DNA from: Rubripirellula sp.
Lineage (GTDB): Bacteria; Planctomycetota; Planctomycetia; Pirellulales; Pirellulaceae
Assembly: GCA_965216875.1 (NCBI GenBank)
Contig: OZ244207.1
Coordinates: 7,520,001 to 7,584,000 of the forward strand
Reading direction: 5' to 3'
Length of the DNA: 64,000 nucleotides
Part shown: one piece after another, positions 17,604 to 27,620 of the stretch
Layout: each line of letters opens with the position of its first letter
How positions within the stretch are numbered: the first letter of the stretch is position 1
The notes under the pieces: generated by a model
Seen by the model: only the letters and a program-made list of their open reading frames with translations
Told to the model about the DNA's origin: nothing
Databases searched by the model: none
Program-made: the position numbers and the translations under genes

Positions 17604-20140
17604 TGTTTAACGCGATCTCTTCGACAACCTGCATGCTGTTTGGCGTTGGATTGGCAGCGGCGCTTCTGTTTCGAGTCGTGCGGATTGATTCGTGGCGACT
17701 GCGGCAATGGTTGATGTTCGCTGTATTGCTGCAAGGCGTGATGTTTGTGCGCTCGCCCTTGCATCTGGGATTACTCCCCGCCAAAGCCGATTCCGGCAAC
17801 CAATTCGTCGGACATTTCGATGAAGGCTTGCGGACTCGCAGCGATGTGGGTGACGGTTCCGAGGTCGCATCGAGGCTTGCAGGTTCGTCGTTTCTGACGA
17901 CTCCTATGAACGACGAACCTTCAATTTCGTTTTGGTCGAACCTATCATCGTGGCCGTGGCGCACCATCGTTGGTTCGATTTGGGCGATGGTCCTCGGCAC
18001 GCTCTTTTTCATTTCGGCCGTGCGCTACCTGCGACTTCTGAAACTGGTGCGGCGTCTGCCGCTGGCGGACGATCGTTGGCAAGAACAACTCGACCGCGCG
18101 ATTGAGCGGGAAGCGATCAAGGGTGGAACTGTTCGCATGCTGGTTTCGCCTACCGTCGGACCGCTCTTGGTTCGTCGGCCACGCGGCTATGTCTTGATCG
18201 TTCCCAATCGCTATTGGCACGCCCTGACGACCGAGCAGCGACAGGCTGTCCTAGTGCATGAGCTTGCTCATCTGCGTCGCAGCGATGTATGGCGCCAGCT
18301 ATTTGTTCGCGTGATCACTTCCCTGCACTGGTTCAATCCGGTCGGTTGGTGGGCGCTGCGGCAATACGAAGAGGCGGCGGAACTGGCTTGCGACCAAGCG
18401 GTCACACGCCGAGGCAAGCATGCATCGGCCAGTTTTGCATCAGCACTCGTTCAGCTTGTTGATTGGCATCAGGGTGCGTCTGACGCAAGTGTTTCGCATC
18501 AGGCCTATGCGACCGGTGTTGGCTACCAGGCGATGGCGGCACCCCCGCTGACGCATCGAATCTCAAGACTCCTAGAATCCTCGTCAAATGGAGACTCTCT
18601 CATGAAACGGCTCGTGCTTGTTGGTGTTGCCATCGTGCTGGTGGGCGCCTCGTTCTTTCAAGTTCGGCTGACGACCGCACAAGACGCCGGCGCAAACGGT
18701 TCGCCCGACTTGCAGGTCATTGACGACACGATGGCGGCCGAGTTGAAGCAGCTTGTTGCCCGTCTCGACACGACGGATGCTTCGACGGGCCAGCTTGCCT
18801 CGCTTTACGACTCGGTAGAAGGCAAGCTCGCCATCGCCGGAGCGCTCAACCAGCTCGCTCGCCCCGCCCGCGATGATGCTCGCGATGACGCTTTCCCTCG
18901 CTTTATCGAAGCTCATTTTGAAACAACAAGTGGCGGCAAACTGAAACTGCGATCTCAGCATGCCGAGCGAGCCGATCGATGGAAAACGAAGTCAAAACGG
19001 TTGGCCGAAAACATGGACAAACTTCGCCAGACGACCGACGAGATCGCAGAGCAACTTGATACGTCGAGCGACGTTGGGGTGGTCTTCAACCGGTTGCTTA
19101 AAGACGAACAAGCACCAGCTGCTTTGTTGCTTTTTGAGATGGAAGGCGGGGGCGATCTGATCACTCGGTTCATCTCCGAGGCGATGGATCGAATCCTGGT
19201 GCAGCGGGCTGACGGTGCTTTCGAAATCGTCCAATCACGACGACGCGAAGCGGAGATGCAAGTGGCACGCTTTGAGCTGGCCGGAAAACTTGCCAAGCGT
19301 CTTCAACGCGAGATCGCGGTCTTTGCCAAAGAACTCGATACGTCGGACGAGGAACACCAGCAACTGGCCAAGTACATGTCCAACCCGATGATGGCGACGG
19401 TGGTTGCGTTGCACCTAACCGAGGATGACAAAGTTCGCTCGGCTTCTGCTGCGGTCGATCGCTTGTTTGGTCAACTCGATTCGGTATCGGTCGAGGCTCC
19501 AGGAGGCGTTCGCATCGAAAACGAAGAAGCCTGGTCAAAGTTCCGCGAGATCTTTGTGCATGTTGACCGGGCAACCGAGATGGTTCCCAAAGTACAAATG
19601 CGTCTGGCGGAATTGGCCGAAACATTGACAACCGATGACGAACTCTTGAAGCGTTTCGAAACTCAACTCGGTGAGCTGCCGGTTGCCGTTTTGATTTCTG
19701 CAGAGCTTCCCTATGCCGAATCGGATCCGGGGGCCGAGTTGAAAGCCTTGTTGAGTGAAGTCCTTGTGGAATCGGATTCTGGCAAATTGGGCATCGTCGA
19801 AGATCGTCAGGAGGAAGTCGTGCAGAAAGCGACGGAGCTGCTGCGTACCTGTCGAGCGATCCGTCGCCACGTCTCGGGAGTCGATGATTTGCTTGGCAAT
19901 ATGGAGGATCAGAGTTTCGTTGCCGAGATTGGCGACGCGGGCCGTTATTTCATGCTCGGCCAAGTCCGCGATTTTGCGGATCGCTATCGGCCTGACCTTG
20001 TCCAGCTCTTAGCCAAAGAGATTCTCGAAGAGACCGATGGTGGCAAATATCGCGTTCGACCCGATCAACGCGAGATCGTTGCCAAGTTAATCGATCAAGC
20101 CGAAAAGGTTCGTGCCGAGGCAGCCAACGATGACTTTTAG
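17600..20140 (+). CDS. BlaR1-like M56 metallopeptidase with C-terminal helical repeat domain
   Basis: AVLVHELAHLRRSD, LHWFNPVGW, ELACD; GTGA overlap with blaI-like gene. Confidence 0.9.
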   Translation: MMFNAISSTTCMLFGVGLAAALLFRVVRIDSWRLRQWLMFAVLLQGVMFVRSPLHLGLLPAKADSGNQFVGHFDEGLRTRSDVGDGSEVASRLAGSSFLTTPMNDEPSISFWSNLSSWPWRTIVGSIWAMVLGTLFFISAVRYLRLLKLVRRLPLADDRWQEQLDRAIEREAIKGGTVRMLVSPTVGPLLVRRPRGYVLIVPNRYWHALTTEQRQAVLVHELAHLRRSDVWRQLFVRVITSLHWFNPVGWWALRQYEEAAELACDQAVTRRGKHASASFASALVQLVDWHQGASDASVSHQAYATGVGYQAMAAPPLTHRISRLLESSSNGDSLMKRLVLVGVAIVLVGASFFQVRLTTAQDAGANGSPDLQVIDDTMAAELKQLVARLDTTDASTGQLASLYDSVEGKLAIAGALNQLARPARDDARDDAFPRFIEAHFETTSGGKLKLRSQHAERADRWKTKSKRLAENMDKLRQTTDEIAEQLDTSSDVGVVFNRLLKDEQAPAALLLFEMEGGGDLITRFISEAMDRILVQRADGAFEIVQSRRREAEMQVARFELAGKLAKRLQREIAVFAKELDTSDEEHQQLAKYMSNPMMATVVALHLTEDDKVRSASAAVDRLFGQLDSVSVEAPGGVRIENEEAWSKFREIFVHVDRATEMVPKVQMRLAELAETLTTDDELLKRFETQLGELPVAVLISAELPYAESDPGAELKALLSEVLVESDSGKLGIVEDRQEEVVQKATELLRTCRAIRRHVSGVDDLLGNMEDQSFVAEIGDAGRYFMLGQVRDFADRYRPDLVQLLAKEILEETDGGKYRVRPDQREIVAKLIDQAEKVRAEAANDDF

Positions 20141-21512
20141 CTGGCGGTATCAGTGCGTTGGTCCACGCCGGGCTGCGTTGCTGGTGATGGGTGTCTGTTT
20201 GATCGCGGCTGCACCGGTCCACGCCGAGACGATTGATCGGTTGTTGGCGGGCGCGCATCGCGAGGCTGGCATTGAACCGGCGGCGGTGTGCGATGACGCC
20301 ACGTTTCTGCGGCGTTTGTCGCTCGACTTGATTGGGCGTGTTCCAAGTGAAGCCGAACTTGATCGATTCCTGGGCGATCCCGATCGTTCGCAAGCTATTG
20401 AAACGTTGCTGGCAAGCAACGAGCATCGAGCGTTTTGGTCGCATCTTTGGACGTCATTGCTGCTTGGGCGAGCTCAGCAGCAGTACGTCGAACGCGAAGT
20501 GTTGCGAGCGTGGGTGCAGGATCAGATGACTGACCCGCTGGCACTCGACCAATTTGCTTTCGAATTGATTTCGGCCGAGGGCGTCACGTCACTTGATGGC
20601 CCGGTCAATTATGTTGCCGCCAGTCGTCGCGACCCGGTGATGCGATTGTCGCGAACGTTTTTGTCGGTGCAGCTCGATTGTGCCCAGTGTCATGATCATC
20701 CGTTTGATCGTTGGACCAACGACGACTACGAGTCCATGCAACGTTTCTTTTCGCAAACGCGGTTTCGGGAGGTTTCAGGCGGCTACGCCGTCGCGGACGA
20801 AGCCGGTGGCGATGGTGCCGACTTGCCCACGTTCTTGACAGGTCGAAAGCCACACACTTCGGCATGGCGCCGCGAGTTGGGGATGATGGTCGTGACTTCA
20901 AAACCCTTTTCGCGTGCGATGGTCAACCGCGTTTGGCATTGGCTGATGGGGCGCGGTTTGGTCGATCCCGTTGATGGACTCTCTCGTGAGAACCCGGCGG
21001 CGACTCCGGAGCTTCTCGAACAGCTTGCGTCTGACTTGCGTCGCGACCGGTTCGATCAATCGGCATTGATTCGGCGCATTTGCGAGTCGAAGGCGTATCA
21101 GCGTCGTTCAGACCCATCACAAGATTCCCAGACGCAAGAGCGGCGCCAACTGTTTGCCGTTCGCAACGCGAGACCTTTGTTGCCGCGTCAATGGATTGCT
21201 TCGGTCGCCACCGTGCTCGACCGGCCGATGCCCGAACCGGACGAACTTGCGGTCCAATCAGCGAACTTGCTCGGGGTGACGCGTCAGGCGATACCGGCGA
21301 CCGATCCCTTCGCGTGGTCGACGACGACCCAGACGTTGATTCGCCAACTCTCTCGGCCGTTGCCAAGCCGAACAAGGTCGATCGATTCGCTGTTCAAAGC
21401 GGCGCTGGCTCGCGATCCGTCGGCCGAGGAACGCAAGATGCTTCAAGGGCGTTCTTCACAGGAACGGGTGTATGCCGTCGTTCATGGCAACGAATTCATG
21501 CTCAACGATTGA
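20130..21512 (+). CDS. DUF1549/DUF1553 domain protein (planctomycete, CxxCH)
   Basis: DDATFLRRLSLDLIGRVP, LDCAQCHDHPFDRWT, VNRVWHWLMGRGLVDPVD, ICESKAYQR. Confidence 0.93.
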   Translation: MTFSWRYQCVGPRRAALLVMGVCLIAAAPVHAETIDRLLAGAHREAGIEPAAVCDDATFLRRLSLDLIGRVPSEAELDRFLGDPDRSQAIETLLASNEHRAFWSHLWTSLLLGRAQQQYVEREVLRAWVQDQMTDPLALDQFAFELISAEGVTSLDGPVNYVAASRRDPVMRLSRTFLSVQLDCAQCHDHPFDRWTNDDYESMQRFFSQTRFREVSGGYAVADEAGGDGADLPTFLTGRKPHTSAWRRELGMMVVTSKPFSRAMVNRVWHWLMGRGLVDPVDGLSRENPAATPELLEQLASDLRRDRFDQSALIRRICESKAYQRRSDPSQDSQTQERRQLFAVRNARPLLPRQWIASVATVLDRPMPEPDELAVQSANLLGVTRQAIPATDPFAWSTTTQTLIRQLSRPLPSRTRSIDSLFKAALARDPSAEERKMLQGRSSQERVYAVVHGNEFMLND

Positions 21513-21529
21513 ATGAGGATTTGCAAACG

Positions 21530-22747
21530 ATGATTGATTCGAGCCACCGAAGTCGTCGCCACTTTCTTTCGACCGTGTCGGCATTCGGTTTTACGAGCCT
21601 GTTTGGCAGTCAGCTTTGCCATGCACTTTCAAGCGGCGAGCCGACTGGGCGTTTCAAGCGTTGTTTGGTGCTGTGGATGGAGGGCGGGCCAAGTCAGCTC
21701 GATACTTTTGATCCAAAAGTCGATGCGCGCAAGTCGATCGCGACCAACGTACCGGGAGTGCGGTTTGCAGAGACGCTTCCTGGACTCGCCAACCGCGCCG
21801 ACCAACTCTGTTTGGTGAGGTCGGTCGGTAGCAGCGAAGGAGAACACGCACGAGCAACCGAATTGCTGCACACAGGGTTCACACCTGTTCCTTCCTTCCC
21901 ACGGCCGGCACTCGGTGCGATGGTCGCGGCTGATCGTGACGTCGGCGATGTGCCTCGCTATGTCACGCTCGGTGGCAACGGCTTGGGGCCGGCATTCCTG
22001 GGAAGCGAAAATGGGCCCTTCGTTGTTGACGACATTTCAGCAGCTTGCCAACAACTCAAACGGGTTGATCAAAAACGTGGTGCACTCAACTTGCTCGAAC
22101 GACTCAATCGCAACCGTCAATCGCAGCTCGATGTTGCTGCGTTGGGAAATCGGCCAGCGGCGGTCGAATCGGTTTCGCGTCTCTTCGGAACGGACTTTCC
22201 CAATGCGCTCGATCTTGAATCGGTGGATTCAAAGCACTGGGAACGCTACGGCGATAGCACCTTTTCGCAGCGGGTGTACACGGCGCGGCGGCTATTGGCA
22301 CTTGGTGTTCCCTTTGTGGAAGCCCAGTTGGGCGGTTGGGACACGCATATCGACAACGATCGCCGCACCAGTGACCTTTGTGCCACGATCGAAAAGCCTT
22401 GGCTGGCTTTGATGGATGACCTGCAAGCCGAGGGGATGTGGGATGACACACTGATTGTGTGGATGGGTGAGTTTGGTCGCACTCCCAACATCAACAATCG
22501 TACTGGACGTGATCACTATCCCGAGGTCACGCCAATCGTGCTTGCCGGTGGCGATCTGGGTGGCCGTGTTGTTGGGGCGACGAGTGAGGCTGGCACAAAA
22601 CGCGTTGGCCAAAAAAATAGCGTTGCCGACTTCATGGCAACGCTCATGGAACTGCTCGGGCTCGATCACGAACAAGAATACATGACCAGCTTTGGTAGCC
22701 CTACAACCGCGACTGACGATGGAACGCCCATCGCACCGTTGCTGTAG
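21530..22747 (+). CDS. DUF1501 domain protein (Tat-like leader)
   Basis: SRRHFL leader, LWMEGGPSQLDTFDPK, GGWDTH, WMGEFGRTP, GRDHYP. Confidence 0.93.
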   Translation: MIDSSHRSRRHFLSTVSAFGFTSLFGSQLCHALSSGEPTGRFKRCLVLWMEGGPSQLDTFDPKVDARKSIATNVPGVRFAETLPGLANRADQLCLVRSVGSSEGEHARATELLHTGFTPVPSFPRPALGAMVAADRDVGDVPRYVTLGGNGLGPAFLGSENGPFVVDDISAACQQLKRVDQKRGALNLLERLNRNRQSQLDVAALGNRPAAVESVSRLFGTDFPNALDLESVDSKHWERYGDSTFSQRVYTARRLLALGVPFVEAQLGGWDTHIDNDRRTSDLCATIEKPWLALMDDLQAEGMWDDTLIVWMGEFGRTPNINNRTGRDHYPEVTPIVLAGGDLGGRVVGATSEAGTKRVGQKNSVADFMATLMELLGLDHEQEYMTSFGSPTTATDDGTPIAPLL

Positions 22748-22792
22748 CGACCGAAATGCCGTCTGCCCTTCGAGATGCGAAAAGTGGGTAAG

Positions 22793-22818
22793 GCCCGACG
22801 CTAGCGCGTACGGCTCAC
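22793..22818 (-). repeat. REP family A copy
   Basis: GCCCGACGCTAGCGCGTACGGCTCAC between convergent genes. Confidence 0.8.
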
Positions 22819-22850
22819 AAAGGGTTCGAACAGGCCATCACGATGGGAAA

Positions 22851-24428
22851 TCAAACTTCGTGAGGCGTACGAAGCGGATTCCACTTGATCTTCCAGCCGA
22901 CGCCTTGGCCATTGAGCTTGGGTTCGGGTAGGTCTTCGAGATCGGCTTCGTCGGTGGACTCTTCGTCACCGGGATCGTTTTCGGGGGCGTCGATTTCGAC
23001 CTTTTGCAGCCGAGTGCGTGGCGGTGTGGTGTCGCTGGCACTTGGGCTCTCAGGTTCGGCCGCGCCCGGTTGAACCAGGATCGACTCACCCGATTCGCTC
23101 GACGTGATCGGAGCCGCTTCGACGGGAACCGAGAACGACGAATAGCCACTTCGAATCGCGGGGCTGAAGGGGTCGTAGTACGACAACGGCGTTCGCTGGA
23201 CGACTTGGCGCGGCACCATGACGGTCTCGGTGTATGGAACCAGCGTCTTGCGAGTCACCGGTCGCATCACTTTACGAGTGACCGCTTCGCGTTCGTAGTA
23301 AGGCACTTGCACCGACTCTTTGCGAGTCTCGTAAACGGTTCGTGTCGATTGCACAGGAACCTTACGAACGACTTCTTCGCTGACCCATTTCTGCTGCTGG
23401 ACGGGGACTTTTCGCGTCAATGTTTCGGTCACAGGTCGTTGAACCGAATAAGGAATCTTGCGAACTTCCACCGTCGGCACCATACGTGTCGTTTGAACGG
23501 GCACGTTTTGCGTGACGACTTCTGATTGCATGCGTTGCACTTGCACAGGCACGCGTTGGGTGACCACTTCAGTTTGCATCCGCTGAACTTGCACAGGCAC
23601 TTGCACCTGGGTCGTTTCAGGGACGTAGGACGTCTGAGCGACTTGTTGCGTGATGTAGTTCGGGCGATACGAGTATTGCGTTTGGACGGTTGCAGGTGTC
23701 GTTTGCGGCGTCCAGTAATAGCCGCCACGGACTCGAGCAAAAATGCCGAGCGGGCCTGGTGTTGCGTGAGTGCCGCGGACGTACTGAAGTCCGTAGTTGG
23801 TTTGGCCTGGAACAACGACTTGTTGAGCGACGTAGCCACCCGCGTCAACCGTTTGGTTTTGCATCGTGGTCACCGGACGCATCGACGTGTGTTGCTGCGT
23901 CTGGTACTGAGTTTCAACAACGGGACGCTGGACCGTGTACTGCTGATCGCGGTACTGGGTTTCGACGACCGGGCGCTGGACCGTGTACTGCTGTTGGTGG
24001 TACTGAGTCTCGGTGACGGGACGATAGGTCGTCACGCGTTCTTCGCGTTCCGCCGTTTCGGTGACGTACTTGGTTTGCGTGTACGTTTCATCACGGTACG
24101 AGGTTTCGGTGACCGGCTTCCAAACGGTGTAGCGTTCTTCGCGGTACTTGGTTTCAACGATCGGCTTGGCAACGCGGTACTCGCGCTCTTCGTTGCGGTA
24201 CTTCAGCACGTTGCGATAGGTGGTGACATCTTCGCTGACGTACTCGGTCTCATACGAGACGCGATAACGCTGAACCTGCTGCGGTTCCATCACCGTTTCG
24301 CATTGCAAGCGATAGGTGGGTTGAAAGCAGCAGCCATCGTCTGCAAAGGCAGCTTGTGGGATGCCCATGGCGATGGTCGAAGCGATAGCAAGAAGCTTGC
24401 AGGATCGGGATTTTGCTGAGCGAATCAT
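22851..24428 (-). CDS. Secreted YTV/VPV-repeat protein
   Basis: Signal peptide (...PQAAFA-D); repeats YTV.RPV.ETQY in the first half and VPVQ...EVV.RK in the second half. Confidence 0.75.
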   Translation of the reverse strand: MIRSAKSRSCKLLAIASTIAMGIPQAAFADDGCCFQPTYRLQCETVMEPQQVQRYRVSYETEYVSEDVTTYRNVLKYRNEEREYRVAKPIVETKYREERYTVWKPVTETSYRDETYTQTKYVTETAEREERVTTYRPVTETQYHQQQYTVQRPVVETQYRDQQYTVQRPVVETQYQTQQHTSMRPVTTMQNQTVDAGGYVAQQVVVPGQTNYGLQYVRGTHATPGPLGIFARVRGGYYWTPQTTPATVQTQYSYRPNYITQQVAQTSYVPETTQVQVPVQVQRMQTEVVTQRVPVQVQRMQSEVVTQNVPVQTTRMVPTVEVRKIPYSVQRPVTETLTRKVPVQQQKWVSEEVVRKVPVQSTRTVYETRKESVQVPYYEREAVTRKVMRPVTRKTLVPYTETVMVPRQVVQRTPLSYYDPFSPAIRSGYSSFSVPVEAAPITSSESGESILVQPGAAEPESPSASDTTPPRTRLQKVEIDAPENDPGDEESTDEADLEDLPEPKLNGQGVGWKIKWNPLRTPHEV

Positions 24429-24806
24429 ATTGGTTGTCGATTCGTGTGGTTGGAACTCAGTGGGCCGACGGGTGCGAGCGCATGTGCCCCCCGGTGGTCG
24501 TGAAACAACTAATTCAAGGGTACGCAAGCCTTTAAGAAAATGTAGAAAAAACCATGGAAAATAGGCGTATTTGCCAAATCGCCCCTCCTCAAAATTCGCC
24601 AGTTTTCCCGAGCTGTTTATTTGTCGCTACAGATGTTGCTGTTTCGCAACACTCGACAGTTTGGCTAACCGTCAGGGTCGCCCAATTGTCTGACAGCATT
24701 TGCCGTGCGAACCAATGGCCAAGCAAGCACGCAAGACCGTTGATGTTGGCTGTAGCGATTATGAGGCCGGGCGCCCGTCTTGCCGAAGCGACGCTTAGGT
24801 CGACGC

Positions 24807-25040
24807 TACTTTCGCGGAGCGAAAGGCGACAATGGTCAGCCGCGACGCGCTAGCGTGCGGTTCTCGCTTTGCCGTAGCGACGCTCGCCAGAGCGTGGTGA
24901 ATCGGTCGCGGATCCGCAGAAGCTGGGTACGGCGACGGTACTTTCGCGGAGCGAAAGGCGACAATGATTAGCCGCTACTAGAAACGAGACGAAGCCCGAA
25001 ACGTGAGAGAGTGTCATTCACTCGCTCTCGCTTCGGGCTT
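24807..25040. repeat. Mosaic REP cluster (family E x2, A variant, F, long hairpin)
   Basis: TACTTTCGCGGAGCGAAAGGCGACAATG at 24807-24834 and 24939-24966; GTAGCGACGCTCGCCAGAGCGTGG 24874-24897 (near-identical at 56032); AGCCCGAA...TTCGGGCT hairpin ~24993-25039. Confidence 0.75.
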
Positions 25041-25061
25041 GGATCGGAATGGGCTTGATGA

Positions 25062-26555
25062 CTAGCGGAAGTCAACCATGAAGGTGCCGTTGTCCGCGAC
25101 GTCGAACATCGGTCGGCAGTAACGTCCACAGCCCATCGGGCCTCCTGGACGGTACATCAAACCGAGTGAGATGTTCCAGCTTTCCTCTTGGTGAGCACCG
25201 CTGCTGCTGCCTTCGCGTGGCACCAAGAAGGTACCGCCGGTTTGCAGAACCAAGTTGCGGCGAAGCGGCAAGTTGATCGTCGAACCGAGTAGCCCGTCGT
25301 CGTTGTCGGTGAAGCCGAGGAAGGTGTCCCATTGGCCGCTGCTGTTGAGCAACCGTCGGTAAAAGAACCGATATTGAGTGGTTGATCGAAACCGAATCGA
25401 ACCAAGGACTTGCGTGCCCGCGACATTGGCGACCGTTCCCGAATTGTCTTTGCTGAGCCGAGCCATGTTTTGGAAACCCCAGACATGAGCGCCGCGGCCC
25501 TTCCAGCTCAATTCACTTCGCAGTTGAGTCAGGTTGCCTTGGAAGTACCAGTCAGAGTTCAGGTAGTCGACGACCGCACCATATTGAAGTCCGCAATCAA
25601 CGCGGCGAAACAAGCCAGCGGTGAGGAAAATCTGATGACGCGTTTCGCGTGTGAATTCGGATCCGGTCAGGTTGGTTTGCGTGGCACGCAAGCCGAGTTG
25701 CGCGGCCAGGTCGCAGCCGAAGAGTTTCTTCAGGTCACGGCTCTCGTTGAATCCTTGGTAAAAGCCAAAGCTTCCCGAACCGCTTCGCAGGTTGGCGTTG
25801 GTAGCACTGATCGGGGTGAAGTTCAGCGGGCCTTTGAAGCCCTGCATCCCCACGAAGAATTGGAATCGATTCCAGTTCACACGCACAAACGGCAGGCACA
25901 ATGGAATGTGTCCAACGTCACAGGCGGACATGCAAGCGTCACAGCCACATTGGCCACCACTTTCGAGTCCACAGCCGGGATCGCCGATAATGCCTTCGAC
26001 GCCACATGCCGCTTCAGCACATTCGACGCAGCCATCGCATCCAGTGATATTGCAGACCCTGGGACCGAGTTTGGTCAGGGCTGCGCCGACGCCACATCCG
26101 ACTTCGAACCCACATGCTGGTTCGTCGCCGTAGAATTCCGTTCCACACACGGGTTCGATGTTGTATGCAGCATCGCAGTTGCCGCAATCGCATACCGGCC
26201 CACAGCCGTGAGTCTCGAGGAACCCGACCTGCTGGATCTCAGCCTTGACCAGATTGCCATCGAGGGGCGAAACCGGCGGATCGGCAAGCACCTCGCCGTA
26301 GGCGGCTTTAGCTACCATAGAGCGAGGTTGGCTCGGCACGGCGGCTGCGTCCGCATCAATGCGGGATCGGACCTTGGCGTGGGCGACTTGGATTTGTCGC
26401 TGTTTCACCTCCGATTGCCCGGATTTCGAGGCGGCTGGCTTCCTGCGAAGCACGTTTTCTGCACCTTTGGTGGTGACGGGAGCTGCGAAAAAGTTGCTCA
26501 GTACCAGAAAGGTGGTCACACCGAGCAGTCGAAATGTTCCGCGTCGCGTTATCAT
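25062..26555 (-). CDS. Secreted Cys-rich protein with predicted C-terminal beta-barrel (DUF6666-like)
   Basis: Signal-like N-terminus, Cys/Gly-rich middle, then amphipathic strands (SFGFYQGFN, QIFLTAGLFRR, LQYGAVVDYL, QLRSELSW). Confidence 0.65.
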   Translation of the reverse strand: MITRRGTFRLLGVTTFLVLSNFFAAPVTTKGAENVLRRKPAASKSGQSEVKQRQIQVAHAKVRSRIDADAAAVPSQPRSMVAKAAYGEVLADPPVSPLDGNLVKAEIQQVGFLETHGCGPVCDCGNCDAAYNIEPVCGTEFYGDEPACGFEVGCGVGAALTKLGPRVCNITGCDGCVECAEAACGVEGIIGDPGCGLESGGQCGCDACMSACDVGHIPLCLPFVRVNWNRFQFFVGMQGFKGPLNFTPISATNANLRSGSGSFGFYQGFNESRDLKKLFGCDLAAQLGLRATQTNLTGSEFTRETRHQIFLTAGLFRRVDCGLQYGAVVDYLNSDWYFQGNLTQLRSELSWKGRGAHVWGFQNMARLSKDNSGTVANVAGTQVLGSIRFRSTTQYRFFYRRLLNSSGQWDTFLGFTDNDDGLLGSTINLPLRRNLVLQTGGTFLVPREGSSSGAHQEESWNISLGLMYRPGGPMGCGRYCRPMFDVADNGTFMVDFR

Positions 26556-26656
26556 GTCGTGTGCTTTTGAAGTAAGCGTTATCAACTCACGGGCATGGCC
26601 GTAGCGCAAGCCCGTATCGAATCAGTAATTTCCATCGGACCGTCACAGCCTGCACA

Positions 26657-27547
26657 ATGAGCAAACCTTCTCTAATCGTTACTTTTTTACACTCACCCCT
26701 GCGAAACTGGGGGGGATGGGCTTCTCTGGCGGTGGTGATGGCAATTTGGGGCGGTCAGGCACCTGCTCAGGAAGCTGCGAACAACGATGCAGCTGAGCTC
26801 GCGTATCCGCTGTCGGTGGCCGTCAGTGGCGACGATTTGTACGTGGTCGACCTCGATTTGCCCGGCGTGTGGAAGGCGGGAGCTGAGCCTCGGGCTCTGC
26901 TGGTCCGTGGTTCGAACCTGCTTCGCAAGCCAATGAATCGTCCGCGGGCGATCGCGATCCATCCCGATGGCGGTCTGCTGGTCGGCGACTCGGCAACGCG
27001 CGAGGTCTATGCGATTGGGGCCGATGGTGGTGAGCCCAAGCCACTGACCGATGGCTATATCGGAAACGTGATGGCAATCGCCGTTTCGCCCGATGGCAAA
27101 ACGGTCTACGTCGGCGACGCAGAGAAACGGGCTCTCTTTCGATTTCCGATCGAAGGGGGCAAATGCGATTTGGTGGCCCGAGTGAATGCTCGTGGATTGG
27201 CGTTTGACTCTGACGGCAAGCTTTGGGCGATCACTCCTGACGACGCCGCGGTCCAACGCGTTGACGTCGAATCGAAGGAAGTGGAAAAGGTGATCACTGG
27301 TCGACCCTTTCAATACCCCAACGGACTCGCTTGGGCAGGCGATCATGGTTACGTCACCGACGGCTACGGCAAGTGCATCTGGAAGTTCACAGCCGACGGC
27401 AAGACTGAAAAGTGGCACGAAGGCGATCCGCTGGTTGGGCCGGTCGGCATTGCAGTGACTGAGGGCTCGGTCTTTGTCGCCGATCCAAAGAAGAAACAAC
27501 TCTTCGAAATCAATCGCGAAAGCAAAGAGGTCAAAGAGCGACTGTGA
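26657..27547 (+). CDS. Secreted NHL/SMP-30-like beta-propeller protein
   Basis: Signal peptide (APA-QE); repeats PLSVAV..LYVVD, PRAIAI..LLVGD, IAVSPDG..VYVGD, PNGLAW..GYVTD, PVGIAV..VFVAD. Confidence 0.8.
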   Translation: MSKPSLIVTFLHSPLRNWGGWASLAVVMAIWGGQAPAQEAANNDAAELAYPLSVAVSGDDLYVVDLDLPGVWKAGAEPRALLVRGSNLLRKPMNRPRAIAIHPDGGLLVGDSATREVYAIGADGGEPKPLTDGYIGNVMAIAVSPDGKTVYVGDAEKRALFRFPIEGGKCDLVARVNARGLAFDSDGKLWAITPDDAAVQRVDVESKEVEKVITGRPFQYPNGLAWAGDHGYVTDGYGKCIWKFTADGKTEKWHEGDPLVGPVGIAVTEGSVFVADPKKKQLFEINRESKEVKERL

Positions 27548-27620
27548 ACCTTGGCGGTCGCCAAAGGTGTCGTCCTCGCGATGATCGTCCAGTTTCGAAC
27601 CTGACCGTAGAGATGCCTTC

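Noticed and set aside
24807..24966. 28-bp direct repeats as IS target duplication or att sites
   Set aside because: Palindromic REP-like units enclosing other REPs; no transposase or integrase nearby.
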